Assembly: GCA_963754875.1 (NCBI GenBank)
Contig: CAVWHO010000017.1
Location: forward strand, 1-64,000
From: Nitrospirota bacterium
Lineage (GTDB): Bacteria; Nitrospirota; UBA9217
Length of the DNA stretch: 64,000 bases
Direction of reading: 5' to 3'
Shown piece after piece: positions 1 to 10,620 of the stretch. A model generated the notes under the pieces. It did not search any database. It was not told the origin of the DNA and saw nothing but the letters and a program-made list of their open reading frames with translations. Position numbers and translations under genes: made by a program. Position 1 is the stretch's first letter, and the number at the start of each line of letters is the position of its first letter.

Positions 1-536
1 GCCTGCGGGCAGGACTCGCGGCCATGAAGGCGCTCGGCGTTGAACGGTCAAAGGACAAGGAACTTTTTGCCGAAGCGGAGACAGGCAAAGGACATGCCGC
101 CGGATGTTTCCTGGACGGGGTCATGACCGCCACAGGATGCACCTATGGGAAAGGGAACATCCAGAAGCTCTATTATAACAAAATGGCCTTCACACTTATC
201 GAAGCGAAGACCGGGAAAGCGGTCCGGGTCTCTCTCAAGCCCGATTTCTTCGAAAAAGCGCTCAATTCGCCCTTTGTGCAGGAACGGAAGAAGGGCGTGC
301 CGCCCCAGGATATTGCCGCATCGATAACGGACCCTCTCGTGGACCGCGTGATGGGGCTTTCCGAAGCCGACTTCCTGAACATCAGCGACGTGTTTCACAA
401 AGACCTGAAGAAAGGAACTCCGAATTTCGACGTCAAACGCTGCGCGAAATGCGGAGAAGCGGTGTTTACCGACAAATTAAAAACTGCTACAGACGGACGG
501 CTGGTCTGCATCCCCTGTTCGGAATCCGGAAAATAG
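1..536 (+). CDS. FmdE-family protein with C-terminal zinc finger (5' partial)
   Basis: Frame is open from the window edge; [19 protein letters not shown]mdE motif; C-terminal CAKC...CIPC zinc finger. Confidence 0.85.
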   Translation, partial: LRAGLAAMKALGVERSKDKELFAEAETGKGHAAGCFLDGVMTATGCTYGKGNIQKLYYNKMAFTLIEAKTGKAVRVSLKPDFFEKALNSPFVQERKKGVPPQDIAASITDPLVDRVMGLSEADFLNISDVFHKDLKKGTPNFDVKRCAKCGEAVFTDKLKTATDGRLVCIPCSESGK

Positions 537-702
537 GGTACCTGCCGAACTCGTCTCGCAAGATGCCGAATTTATCGCAGAGGACGCAGGGGAAGAAGGA
601 TTTCCCTGGTCGTTAAGGGGTCTTTTTTCTCTGTGTCATTTATTCTTCTTATGGTGTATCGGCTTGCAGGCGGGTGCGGCATGGTAAGAGAGGAGATTCA
701 AG

Positions 703-1455
703 ATGCTTACCATCAATGCTGCGGCGGCCGTCCTCGTCTTTGTTTTTACCACAGTCCTCACCATCGCGGGCGTGGGCGCAGCCTTCATCGTCATACCCAC
801 CTTCTACTGGCTCGGCGTCCCGCTCACCGAGGCCATGGCAATCGGCCTGCTGTTGAACGCCATCAGCATGACCTTTGCTTCGGCCAACTATATCCGATAC
901 AAACTTGTTGTATTCCGAACGGCCCTGCCCATCATCGTACTCGCCATAGTCTTTTCTCCTCTGGGCGCGTATTCGACACGATACTTTCCGAAGAATCTGC
1001 TCATTCTGCTCTTCGTGCTCTTTCTTGTCTTTGCCGCATCCATGATGATGTTTTACAAGCCGAGGAAAAAAGAGAGCAGAAAGGGAGATGGCGGTAAAGA
1101 ACTCAAGACCGGTATTGGGCTGGGCATAGGCGCCGGGTATCTCGGCGGACTTCTCGGCGTCGGAGGCGGTAACTTCATCGTCCCGGCCTTGGTCTGGCTC
1201 GGATTCGATCCTAAAAGAGCATCCGCTACTACTGCCTTCATCGTGGTCTTCTCCTCGCTCTCGGGCTTCTTCGGACACGCGGCAATGGGCGGTGTTGATT
1301 GGACTCTCCTCGCCTTCGCTGCTGTTGGATCAGTTGCAGGCGCGCTGCTGGGGTCATGGCTCATGCATAAGAAGCTCGACGCCGGGCAGGTAAAGAAGGT
1401 CATCGGCATCGTGCTCTATGCCATAGCCGCAAAAATGGCGTGGGGATTGTTCTAA
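703..1455 (+). CDS. TauE/SafE (TSUP) family sulfite exporter-like membrane protein
   Basis: About 8 TM segments; GVGAAFIVIP and GLLGVGGGNFIVP repeats; GAGGAG RBS. Confidence 0.9.
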   Translation: MLTINAAAAVLVFVFTTVLTIAGVGAAFIVIPTFYWLGVPLTEAMAIGLLLNAISMTFASANYIRYKLVVFRTALPIIVLAIVFSPLGAYSTRYFPKNLLILLFVLFLVFAASMMMFYKPRKKESRKGDGGKELKTGIGLGIGAGYLGGLLGVGGGNFIVPALVWLGFDPKRASATTAFIVVFSSLSGFFGHAAMGGVDWTLLAFAAVGSVAGALLGSWLMHKKLDAGQVKKVIGIVLYAIAAKMAWGLF

Positions 1456-1518
1456 TCATTCAGGCGGAAGGCGCCCGAACACTTTCCGCGCAGCACGACG
1501 GACTAACGAGGTGTTTCT

Positions 1519-2826
1519 ATGAGTTTATATCGTCTTTTGCTTTATCTTGCGTTGTTAATCCAAATTCCCCTCGTTGTTTACGGCGAGCCCCTTACGCTTA
1601 AGGAGTGCCTCACGGCGGCATTGAGCAACAACCCGGCCGTGTCCGAAGCGCGGCTGAACGTGGACGCCGGAGAACAGGGGATTGCGAGCGCCTCAGGTAA
1701 GTATTATCCCAGTCTTTCACTCAACGCGAACGTCAACGAGCTCGAATATCCCGTGCCGTACATCCCGGCGCAATCAGTGACGATAGCGCCGCACTTCAGC
1801 GACTACTATGCCTCCTGGGCAGCCCAGATGACCGTATCCCTCTATCAGGGGGGACGAATCGTGAACGGCGTTGACCTGGCGAAGGTTAGAAAGGACATTC
1901 AGGAACAGGGGTTTTCCCTGACTCGTTACGTGATCATCGCCAACACCGTGAATACCTACAACAAGATCCTTCAATTCCAAAAGCTTCGGGAAGCATCCCA
2001 GGCGTCGGTGACAGCCCTCGAAGAACAGCACAAGAACGCGCAGCTCCTCTTTAACGTGGGGCGGACCGCCCGCGTCGATCTTCTGAAAGTGGAGGTGCAA
2101 CTCGCCAACGAGCAGCAGCGGCTCCTCACTCTGGATGAATCGCTCAAGACCCTGGCAGCGACGCTCCGGTTTCTGATGGGAGAAAAGGCGGAGGCTTCGC
2201 CCGAGGTCCCGGAGCTTGCCGGTCCGCTCGCGGCGCCCGCCGTGGCCGCCGACTTTAGCGGCGCGCTGGACGTAGCACGCGCCGGCAGGCCGGAGTACAT
2301 GATCGCCCGCTCCGGTGTAGAGGAGGCGAAGTTTAGCAAAAAGATCGCTACGGGGAAAATGCTGCCCACGGTAAACGCTTATGCGGGATATCAAGACCAA
2401 TACGGCTTCAACCCGCGGTACGATCAGGGCAGTTGGTTTGTAGGAGCCACCTTGAGCATCCCTCTTTTCGATCGGTCGCTCTACGCTGACCGCGCCCGCG
2501 AACGACTCCTGCAACTTCGGGCCGAAGAGCGGCTCAAGACCGTCGACAACCAACTGCGGCTCGATATTGAAACGGCCTCTTCTTCCCTCTCGGACAGCAG
2601 GAGCCGTGTGACAACGGCCGAACGGGTCGTTGAGCAGGCCGACGAGTCGTTCCGAATCGAGCAGGAGAAGTACAAACTCGGCGCAGGCGCGATGGTTGAC
2701 CTGCTACTTGCCCAGGCGGCCGACATTACGTCCGTTGCGAATTATACCCAGGCCCTTTACGATTATAACGCAGCTGTTGTCGCTTATAGAAAGGCGACCG
2801 GCACTTTGGAGGAGTATCTCAAATGA
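1519..2826 (+). CDS. TolC-family outer membrane efflux protein
   Basis: Signal peptide; LTLKECLTAALSNNP start; two OEP repeats; adjacent to MFP and RND genes. Confidence 0.9.
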   Translation: MSLYRLLLYLALLIQIPLVVYGEPLTLKECLTAALSNNPAVSEARLNVDAGEQGIASASGKYYPSLSLNANVNELEYPVPYIPAQSVTIAPHFSDYYASWAAQMTVSLYQGGRIVNGVDLAKVRKDIQEQGFSLTRYVIIANTVNTYNKILQFQKLREASQASVTALEEQHKNAQLLFNVGRTARVDLLKVEVQLANEQQRLLTLDESLKTLAATLRFLMGEKAEASPEVPELAGPLAAPAVAADFSGALDVARAGRPEYMIARSGVEEAKFSKKIATGKMLPTVNAYAGYQDQYGFNPRYDQGSWFVGATLSIPLFDRSLYADRARERLLQLRAEERLKTVDNQLRLDIETASSSLSDSRSRVTTAERVVEQADESFRIEQEKYKLGAGAMVDLLLAQAADITSVANYTQALYDYNAAVVAYRKATGTLEEYLK

Positions 2827-4013
2827 AACGGAATATTCTCATAGCTGTTGTCTGCATTGTGGCGATCGCCGGTGCAGCCATCGTAGTACTCAAGGCGCGA
2901 AAGATCGCGGCCCTGCCCAAACCTCAGGTTGTTCCCCCGGCCGTGCAGGTCGCCCCGGCAGCGAAGGGTTCGCTCGAGATAACGATGCACTATCTGGGAA
3001 GCATAGAGCCATTCACCAGAAGCGATCTCTCCGCACGCATCTCGGGGAACATAGTGAGCATCTCCAAGCGGGAAGGGGACGCGGTCCGGCAGGGAGAGGA
3101 GGTCGTCGTCATCGATGACCGGGAGCTGGTGGACCGCTCCACGGCCGTGCATGCCGAGGTGCTGGCCACGCAGCAGAAACTGGCCGGAGCAGAAAGCGCC
3201 TACGAAACCCAGAAGTCCATCTATGAGCGGGACGTCGCCCTGTACAAGATCGGGGCAATTTCCCAGGAAGCATTGGAGCGGTCCCGCGCGGCCTTGGACG
3301 GCGTTAAGGCGACTGTGAACGCCTACGAGGAGAGCATCAAGGGGCTTTTCATGAACAGCGCAGTGGCGAGGACCCAGGCCGGATATGCACACATCACCGC
3401 CCCCTTCAGCGGCATTGTCTCCAAGAGGTGGAGCGATCCCGGCGATCTGGCTGTTCCTGGCAAACCTATCCTCACCATTGAGAAGGCCTCGCCCTACAAG
3501 GTACTGGCCCAGGTGTCTCAGGAGGACCTGGCCGAAAGCCGCCGGGGCGCGCGTGTCTACCTGACGAGCGGCGAGCGGCGCCTCGCAACGGCAGTCAACC
3601 GAGTCTACCCGGCGCTGGGCAGGAACCAACTGGGAACCGTGGAGGTGCTGACCAGGGTCGCACCCTTCAACCTTCCCTCGGCCTCCACCGTAGGGTTTGA
3701 CTTGGTCACGAAGCGGGTCAAGGGGTTGATCGTCCCCAACCAGGCGGTGGTCAGGACCGATAAAGGGACCTTTGTGTATCAGGTGAAGGACGGCTTGGTC
3801 CACATCGTGCCGGTCAGGCTGCTTGGGATGGGGAACGGCAATGCGGCGATCAATGGCGGCGTGGCGCCCGGCGATCAGGTGGCCGTGGCCCAGGAGAACA
3901 AGCTCTTCACCCTGGCGGAAGGCTGCAAAGTAACCTTGCCGGCTCAGGAAAAACTCGAAGCGTCAACAGGCGGGGTCGTGGGCAAGTCGGCTCTTGTAGG
4001 GGGAAAGCCATGA
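2823..4013 (+). CDS. RND efflux periplasmic adaptor (MFP) subunit
   Basis: N-terminal anchor; lipoyl halves (ARISGNIVSI, ITAPFSGIV); coiled hairpin; ATGA overlaps with neighbours. Confidence 0.92.
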   Translation: MKRNILIAVVCIVAIAGAAIVVLKARKIAALPKPQVVPPAVQVAPAAKGSLEITMHYLGSIEPFTRSDLSARISGNIVSISKREGDAVRQGEEVVVIDDRELVDRSTAVHAEVLATQQKLAGAESAYETQKSIYERDVALYKIGAISQEALERSRAALDGVKATVNAYEESIKGLFMNSAVARTQAGYAHITAPFSGIVSKRWSDPGDLAVPGKPILTIEKASPYKVLAQVSQEDLAESRRGARVYLTSGERRLATAVNRVYPALGRNQLGTVEVLTRVAPFNLPSASTVGFDLVTKRVKGLIVPNQAVVRTDKGTFVYQVKDGLVHIVPVRLLGMGNGNAAINGGVAPGDQVAVAQENKLFTLAEGCKVTLPAQEKLEASTGGVVGKSALVGGKP

Positions 4014-7000
4014 AATTCGTCGAGCGTTATATCCGCAAACCTTACCTGGTGCTTTCCGTGGTGCTGCTTCTCTCCGTTGTCGGCATCATCGGGTACCAGC
4101 GGATGCCCTTCAACCTGTTTCCCGATACCGACCGCCCCCAGATCAGCGTGATCACGGTCATGCCGGGGGCCGCGGCCAACGACGTGGAGTCGGACATCAC
4201 CCGGCCTGTTGAAAAGGAACTTTCGACCCTCGACATGGTGCGGAGGGTCACCTCCACGTCCAAGGACGAGGTCTCGGTCGTCACTGCCGAGTTCGAGTAT
4301 GACAAGGGACTTGATGCGGCGGCCACTGACGTTGCCAACGCCCTGAGCAAAGTGATTGCTAAGCTCCCGCAAGGGATACGGCCGCCCCAGATCTTCAAGA
4401 TCAGTCAGGCTACCCAGCCGACCATGACGCTTGCTCTCTCGCCCAAGCCGGGCTACCCCGTCGATCTCCGTAAGATCCGGGAACTGGCGGACAATCAGAT
4501 CAAGGAGGAACTGCTGCGGCTCCCCAATGTGGCCAACGTGGAAGTCTTCGGCGCCAACCAGCCGGAGGTGGGGGTTTCGATCGACCAGGACCGGCTCAGC
4601 CGATTCGGGGTCGGCATGGGAGACGTGCTCGGGGCCTTGGCGGCCCAGAACCAGAACGTTCCCCAGGGGCTCATTATCCGCAAAGAGGGCCAGTTTCTCT
4701 TCAAGACCGCCGGCGAAGTCAAAGAGCCCGAGGAGTTGAACGACCTGGTGATCGCCCGCAAGGAGGGGGGCACGGTCCACCTGCGCGATGTGGCGCGGAT
4801 CACCGCCGGGGTCCAGGAGCCGCAGTCAGCCTATCACGGCAACGGCAAGGAGGCGATCGGGATCAACATCCTGCGGGCACAGAACGGACACACTCTCGAC
4901 GCCGTCCAGTCCGCAATGGCCGACATCCCTGCTCTTGAGAAAAAATACCCCTTCATCGACTTCGCGGTCAGTTACACGCAGAAGGACCTGATCGAACGGA
5001 GCGTCGACAACATGCTCGGGGCGCTCCGGGACGCAATCATCATCACGGTCATCGTCATCTTCCTGTTCCTCGGCAACTTACGGACAATGTTCCTCTGCGC
5101 CATTTCGATCCCTTTCACCTATCTCATCACCTTTGCCGTGATGTGGCTCTTCGGGTTCGAGTTCCATATGGTCACCCTCACCGGCGTCATCCTGGCGGTG
5201 GGAATGCTGCTGGACGACGCCATTGTCGTGATCGAAAACATAGAGCGGCACTATCATGAATCAAAGAAGGATCTGGTTGAACTCGTGGCAGGAGGGACCG
5301 AGGAAGTCATGCTCGCCATCTTCTCGGGCACCTATGCCACGGTGGTCGTGCTGGTGCCGATCATCTTCATCGGCGGCTATGTCCAGACTGTGCTCCGTCC
5401 CCTGTCGCTTTCGCTCACCATTGCGCTGATCGCGTCCTACGTCGTATCAGTCACCATTATCCCGATATTGGCGCCCTATATCCTGAAGAAGGAGGCGCGG
5501 GAAAACCGGTTCGAGGCATTTATCAAACGGGGGAGCGACCGCTTCGTAGGCGCCATCCGGGACTTCTTCGGCAACTCCCTGGACTTCGCCCTGCAACACC
5601 GCGTCAGCTTCGTCGTCGTGGCGTTCGTTGTCCTCGTGATCAGCGGCAAATTCGTCAAGCCGCTCATCGGCCAGGACGTCATGCCCCCCATGGACACCGG
5701 CATCGTCAAGATCAACTTCGAGGCGGACAGCAATTCCTCCCTGGCCCAGACCAACGCTATTCTGTCCCAGATGGAAAAGATCATAAGGGAAGAAGAGGGG
5801 GTGGTCGCAATCAGCTCCACCCTCGGCTCGGAACCATCGGTGGTCTCCTTCGGCAGCGGCAAGAACCCGCAACAGGGGAACATTACCATTAACCTTGTGG
5901 ATCGGTTCCACCGCAAACAGACCATGTGGCAGATCGAGGATGACATGCAGCGCAAGTTTCTGGCCATTCCCGGCATGAAGTCGGTGGATGTCTTCGACTA
6001 CGGCGCTACGCCGCTCTCCTCTATTCGCTCTACGGTGGACGTGATGGTGAGTGGCCCCGATCCCAAAGTGCTCGCCGGCATCGGGCGGGAAATCAAGCAG
6101 CGTCTGGAAAATGTCCGGGGGCTGAAGTCGGTCTCCCTTTCCTGGACCGCCGACAAGAAGGAAGTCAACTTCATCGTCAGCCGGGAAAAGTGCGCCCTCT
6201 ACGGCATCTCTCCCCGGGACATCGCGTCGCAGGTGCAGGCATCGGTCCAGGGCGGACCCGCCTCGACCTTCCGGGTCGCCGGCGAGGACGGATTTCTTAT
6301 CCGCGCCCGCTATGATGCTTCGGACCGGGACAGCATCGCCCGCATGGGGATGCTAACGGTGCGGACTCCGCTGGGCCAGGTGCCGCTGTCGGCCCTCGGG
6401 ACCATCACGACTTCCTACGTCCCGATGCTCCTGACCCGGCAGAGCATGCAGAATACAATCGACGTTTTCGGTTACCGCGAAAAAGCCGCGGTTTCCCACA
6501 TCATGGATAACGTGCAGAAGGCACTGGCCGGGCTGAAACTTCCTCCAGGGTACAGCATCTCCCAGGAAGGAGATGCCAAGCAGGCCGCGGAGTCGTTCAC
6601 GGCACTCATGGCGGCCTTGATGATCGGGATGGTGCTGCTCTACTTCTCCCTTGTCCCCGCCTTCAAGTCCTTTGTCCACCCGCTCACCATCATGGTCGCC
6701 ATACCGCTTGCCCTGATCGGGGCGCTCTGGTCCATGCTGATCACCGGTAAACATCAGTCCATGGGGTCGTTCATGGGGCTGATTCTTCTCGCCGGGATCG
6801 TGGTGAAGAACTCGATCCTGCTCATCGACTTTATCGAAATGGCCAAGGAGCAGGGGATGTCCACCTACGACGCTCTGCGCGAAAGCGTGCGGGTCAGAAC
6901 CCGACCTATCCTGATGACCGCCTTCGGCACGGCGGTCGGAATGGTGCCCATCGCCATGGAGTGGGCCATCGGTCTGGAGCGTCTGTCCCCGCTGGCGGTC

Positions 7001-7171
7001 GTGGCCATCGGCGGGCTGATGGTCTCGACCTTTCTGACGCTGTTGTACGTGCCGATCTTTTACACTCTTTTCGAGGATCTGGTCGCCTGGTTCGCGCGGA
7101 CGAAGTCGAAAATCGGTTCACGCGGAAAAGTGCCTGAGCCATCCGTCAGCGCATCGGACCGGGTATCATAA
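4010..7171 (+). CDS. RND efflux permease (AcrB/AcrD/AcrF family)
   Basis: 1053 aa; GMLLDDAIVVIEN, GIVVKNSILLIDF and RTRPILMT motifs. Confidence 0.95.
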   Translation: MKFVERYIRKPYLVLSVVLLLSVVGIIGYQRMPFNLFPDTDRPQISVITVMPGAAANDVESDITRPVEKELSTLDMVRRVTSTSKDEVSVVTAEFEYDKGLDAAATDVANALSKVIAKLPQGIRPPQIFKISQATQPTMTLALSPKPGYPVDLRKIRELADNQIKEELLRLPNVANVEVFGANQPEVGVSIDQDRLSRFGVGMGDVLGALAAQNQNVPQGLIIRKEGQFLFKTAGEVKEPEELNDLVIARKEGGTVHLRDVARITAGVQEPQSAYHGNGKEAIGINILRAQNGHTLDAVQSAMADIPALEKKYPFIDFAVSYTQKDLIERSVDNMLGALRDAIIITVIVIFLFLGNLRTMFLCAISIPFTYLITFAVMWLFGFEFHMVTLTGVILAVGMLLDDAIVVIENIERHYHESKKDLVELVAGGTEEVMLAIFSGTYATVVVLVPIIFIGGYVQTVLRPLSLSLTIALIASYVVSVTIIPILAPYILKKEARENRFEAFIKRGSDRFVGAIRDFFGNSLDFALQHRVSFVVVAFVVLVISGKFVKPLIGQDVMPPMDTGIVKINFEADSNSSLAQTNAILSQMEKIIREEEGVVAISSTLGSEPSVVSFGSGKNPQQGNITINLVDRFHRKQTMWQIEDDMQRKFLAIPGMKSVDVFDYGATPLSSIRSTVDVMVSGPDPKVLAGIGREIKQRLENVRGLKSVSLSWTADKKEVNFIVSREKCALYGISPRDIASQVQASVQGGPASTFRVAGEDGFLIRARYDASDRDSIARMGMLTVRTPLGQVPLSALGTITTSYVPMLLTRQSMQNTIDVFGYREKAAVSHIMDNVQKALAGLKLPPGYSISQEGDAKQAAESFTALMAALMIGMVLLYFSLVPAFKSFVHPLTIMVAIPLALIGALWSMLITGKHQSMGSFMGLILLAGIVVKNSILLIDFIEMAKEQGMSTYDALRESVRVRTRPILMTAFGTAVGMVPIAMEWAIGLERLSPLAVVAIGGLMVSTFLTLLYVPIFYTLFEDLVAWFARTKSKIGSRGKVPEPSVSASDRVS

Positions 7172-8091
7172 TGAAGGATATGACCATGGACGACAAATCT
7201 CAAAAAAGACTTTTCCTGAGTCTGCTCGTAACAATTACCATACTCATTGCCGAAGTAATCGGCGGGATCATGAGCCACAGCCTTGCCCTTTTGAGCGACG
7301 CGGGGCATGTACTTACCGACGCTTTTGCGCTTGGTCTAAGTCTCATAGCGCTTTTGATCATGAAGCGTCCTTCCGACTACCGGGCAACCTACGGCTACCA
7401 GAGGATAGGGCTGATTGCGGCCCTCATCAACGGCGTCAGCCTTGTGGTCATAGCCATATTTATTTTTCTTGAGGCCTACCAGCGCTACTATTCACCTCCC
7501 GAAATCAACACTTCGGTAATGCTGACCATCGCCGCAGCCGGCCTGTTCGGCAATCTCATCATGGCATGGATTCTCGGGCATAAGCACGATGACCTGAATA
7601 TGAAAAGCGCCTGGCTTCATGTGCTTGGTGACACCATATCCTCGGTTGGGGTGATCGTTGCCGGGCTGGTGATTCAATATACCGGCTGGGTCCCGGCAGA
7701 CACGATTGCCAGCGGGATCGTCGGGGTCATGATCATCATCGGGGGAGTTCGTGTTATTAAAGAAACGTTGTGGATACTCCTCGATCTCAGCCCGGTTGGA
7801 TTTCATGCCGAGGAATTCGCAGATATGATCTCGGCGCTTCCTGAAGTGAAGGCCGTTCACGACGTGCATATATGGTCCATCGGCCACGGCATACCCGCCT
7901 TTTCCGGGCATGTTCAGGTCCCTGACCAGAAGGTCAGCGAGACGGACGGCATAAGAAAGAAAATCGAACGCCTGCTCGTCGCTCAAGGGATAAAACATGC
8001 CGTGATACAAATGGAATGCGCGGACTGCTGCAACAATGATCTCTATTGCAATGTGAACGCTGAAAACGGGCTTGCAGATCACCTGCATTAA
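7171..8091 (+). CDS. Cation diffusion facilitator (CzcD/ZitB-like Zn/Co/Cd exporter)
   Basis: SLALLSDAGHVLTD, AWLHVLGD and VHDVHIW motifs; Cys/His tail. Confidence 0.93.
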   Translation: MKDMTMDDKSQKRLFLSLLVTITILIAEVIGGIMSHSLALLSDAGHVLTDAFALGLSLIALLIMKRPSDYRATYGYQRIGLIAALINGVSLVVIAIFIFLEAYQRYYSPPEINTSVMLTIAAAGLFGNLIMAWILGHKHDDLNMKSAWLHVLGDTISSVGVIVAGLVIQYTGWVPADTIASGIVGVMIIIGGVRVIKETLWILLDLSPVGFHAEEFADMISALPEVKAVHDVHIWSIGHGIPAFSGHVQVPDQKVSETDGIRKKIERLLVAQGIKHAVIQMECADCCNNDLYCNVNAENGLADHLH

Positions 8092-8357
8092 TGGCGACAC
8101 AGGCGCGGAGATTAGAAATACGCGAAGAAGCAGAAGGTGAAACAAAACTCATGATTCTGCGCTGTATTATGTGGTGTGTCGGCACATCTGTTTCAAAAGA
8201 AAACGTTGAGACCCTGAAAAGCGGTCTCGACGCGGGAAAAGCAAGCAAAGTAACGGGTATCTGTCATAATCTAGAAAGTAGGGCCGCAGATTGACGCGGC
8301 AAGAAAGAACATCGGACAGGGACGCCGCTCCAATAACCGCGGAGGACGTGAAAGGTT

Positions 8358-9083
8358 ATGCCGCTGCTTGACATCAAAAACCTTGGCTATACCGTCTCTG
8401 GGCACGACACCGTGTCCCTCATTAACGGGCTGTCATTAGCTATCGAACCCGGAGAAGTCCATGCCCTCATCGGCACGAACGGGACGGGAAAGAGCACGCT
8501 CGCATACCTTGTCATGGGGTGTGAAGGCTATCGTCCGACCGCGGGCGAGATCCGCTTCGACGGAACGCTTATCAACGACCTGAAGGTCCATGAGCGGGCC
8601 AAACTGGGGATTACCATGGCGTGGCAGGAGCCGGTCCGGTTCGAAGGCATTTCCGTTCGGGATTATCTTTCTCTTAGAACCGGCGAAACTGATCCCTCGG
8701 CGTTTCTTGAACTGGTCGGCCTGGCACCGGCGCTTTATCTGAACAGGATGGTGGACAAATCCTTAAGCGGCGGGGAGCGGAAGCGGATAGAGCTTGCGTC
8801 TCTCCTTTCCCTGAGCCCGAAACTGGCCATCCTTGACGAACCTGATTCCGGCATCGACATGCTTTCGATCCAGGACATCATCAACGTCATCACTGCCTTC
8901 AAGCAGAGGGAAACAGCAGTGCTTCTCATTACCCACCGGGAAGAGATCGCAATGATAGCGGACCGGGCATCCCAGCTTTGCAACGGACGGATCATCTGCT
9001 CCGGGACGCCGGAAGGAGTGGCGGAACACTACAAGGGCCGTCAGTGCCTGACCTGCAACGGCGTGGAGTGCCATTATGTCTGA
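8358..9083 (+). CDS. sufC: SufC-like ABC ATPase of a minimal Suf system (SmsC-like)
   Basis: Walker A GTNGTGKS, LSGGERKRIE, ILDEPDSGID; Cys-rich C-terminus; overlaps the SufB-like gene. Confidence 0.88.
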   Translation: MPLLDIKNLGYTVSGHDTVSLINGLSLAIEPGEVHALIGTNGTGKSTLAYLVMGCEGYRPTAGEIRFDGTLINDLKVHERAKLGITMAWQEPVRFEGISVRDYLSLRTGETDPSAFLELVGLAPALYLNRMVDKSLSGGERKRIELASLLSLSPKLAILDEPDSGIDMLSIQDIINVITAFKQRETAVLLITHREEIAMIADRASQLCNGRIICSGTPEGVAEHYKGRQCLTCNGVECHYV

Positions 9084-10011
9084 ACTGAATGAGCTCATGC
9101 GCGCCTACGGCGAGGCCGGCGGGGAGCAGGGAGTTCTCGCCGATGCGGGGACGGCCCATCTTGTCGCGGCGGGCCACAAACTCTTGAGCATGCGGGCTGT
9201 TGAAGGCCTTGTTGTCGATGCCAGGGAGACGATGCGGGGCGTCAGCGCTACGATCACGGTCAAAGCAGGCGTGAAGGTCCTCAAGCCGGTGCACCTGTGT
9301 TTCGGCGTGCTCCACAAAAAGGGGACCCAAAAAATCAAGATGGACGTTCAGTTGGAGCCGGGCTCGTCCGCGCATTTTATCGCGCACTGCATATTCCCCA
9401 AGGCGGAAAAGGTGCGGCATATCATGGACGCCTCCGTTCACATCGGAGAAGGAGCGGAGATGCGGTATTCAGAAACGCATTTTCACGGACTCTTCGGCGG
9501 CATCGAGGTCCTGCCCAAAGCCGTCGTGAAGGTCGAAAAGAACGGTCGGTACTTCGCGGATTTTACGCTCACAACCGGCAGGGTGGGGAAGCTCGCCATC
9601 GATTATGCGGTCGAGTCCGGCGAGGGCGCCGTAACCGAACTTGTTGCCCGAGTCTTCGGCCACGCCGTCGACGATATCAAGATTAAGGAAGCCGTCATGT
9701 TAAACGGCCAAAATGCCCGTGGTCTGATCAAAACCAGGGTGGCCATCGAGGACGAGGCTAAAGCCGAGGTCACCGGCATCACCGAAGGCAATGCCGCCGG
9801 CGCCCGGGGTCATGTGGACTGCATGGAGCTTGTTAAGGACAAGGCGGTGGCGAGGGCGATTCCCATGGTTCAGGTGAACAACCCCCTTGCGAAAGTGACG
9901 CACGAGGCAGCCATCGGCAGCGTGGATAAGCGACAGATGGAAACGCTCATGGCCCACGGACTTACGCCTGAGGAGGCGGTGGACGTGATCGTGAAGGGGA
10001 TATTGAAGTAA
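9076..10011 (+). CDS. Short SufB/SufD-family Fe-S scaffold (SmsB-like)
   Basis: PVHLCFG, ARGHVDCMEL and AKVTHEAAIGSVD motifs; 311 aa short form. Confidence 0.88.
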   Translation: MSELNELMRAYGEAGGEQGVLADAGTAHLVAAGHKLLSMRAVEGLVVDARETMRGVSATITVKAGVKVLKPVHLCFGVLHKKGTQKIKMDVQLEPGSSAHFIAHCIFPKAEKVRHIMDASVHIGEGAEMRYSETHFHGLFGGIEVLPKAVVKVEKNGRYFADFTLTTGRVGKLAIDYAVESGEGAVTELVARVFGHAVDDIKIKEAVMLNGQNARGLIKTRVAIEDEAKAEVTGITEGNAAGARGHVDCMELVKDKAVARAIPMVQVNNPLAKVTHEAAIGSVDKRQMETLMAHGLTPEEAVDVIVKGILK

Positions 10012-10272
10012 TGATGAGGTCAAATTATTAATAAACCGTACAGTGGAAGATCGATATTCAGAAGGAAGAACAACGATTGCAAGAATGCTCCGGTGAAGTA
10101 ACGGCGAGGTATTGACCGTAGAAAACGAGCAAAGGCAAGACAAGCATGAAAGAGCATATCCGTGAAACAAAGCTTATTTGCCAGCGCAGCGGCATGTGTT
10201 TACTGATGCAGACCTGTTTCAAAAGAAACATTGTTACGGTAAAAACTCAACATGCATATTTTAGGGAGGTGG

Positions 10273-10620
10273 ATGATGGAACCAGTCGTGAAACCATGGC
10301 ACGGCATAGACCGTGAAGCGATCGTGTGGCACCCGACAGTGGATGAAAAGAAGTGCATCGGCTGCGGAATGTGCGTTACCGGGTGCGGTAGGAAGGTTTA
10401 CGGCTTCGATTACGACAAGAAGAAGCCCGTGGTGCTGAGGCCCGTCAACTGCATGGTGGCCTGCGTGACCTGCGCGAATACCTGCCTGCAGGAAGCAATA
10501 AACTTTCCCCCTGTCGAGCAGGTCCGGGAGCTTATCAGGAAGGAAAAGCTTCTTGTGAGATCGAAGGAAGAACTGACAATGCGCAGGGAAGAGTTGAAGG
10601 CCGAGCCGAAATATGATTGA
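10273..10620 (+). CDS. 2x[4Fe-4S] ferredoxin-family protein
   Basis: CIGCGMCVTGC and CMVACVTCANTC motifs; start placed after GGGAGG RBS. Confidence 0.88.
   Translation: MMEPVVKPWHGIDREAIVWHPTVDEKKCIGCGMCVTGCGRKVYGFDYDKKKPVVLRPVNCMVACVTCANTCLQEAINFPPVEQVRELIRKEKLLVRSKEELTMRREELKAEPKYD

Noticed and set aside
8091..8294. 67-aa ORF between the CDF and sufC genes
   Set aside because: No recognisable motif; may be a remnant but cannot be supported
10012..10260. Possible Cys-cluster gene remnant (ICQRSGMC)
   Set aside because: Too short and degenerate to call
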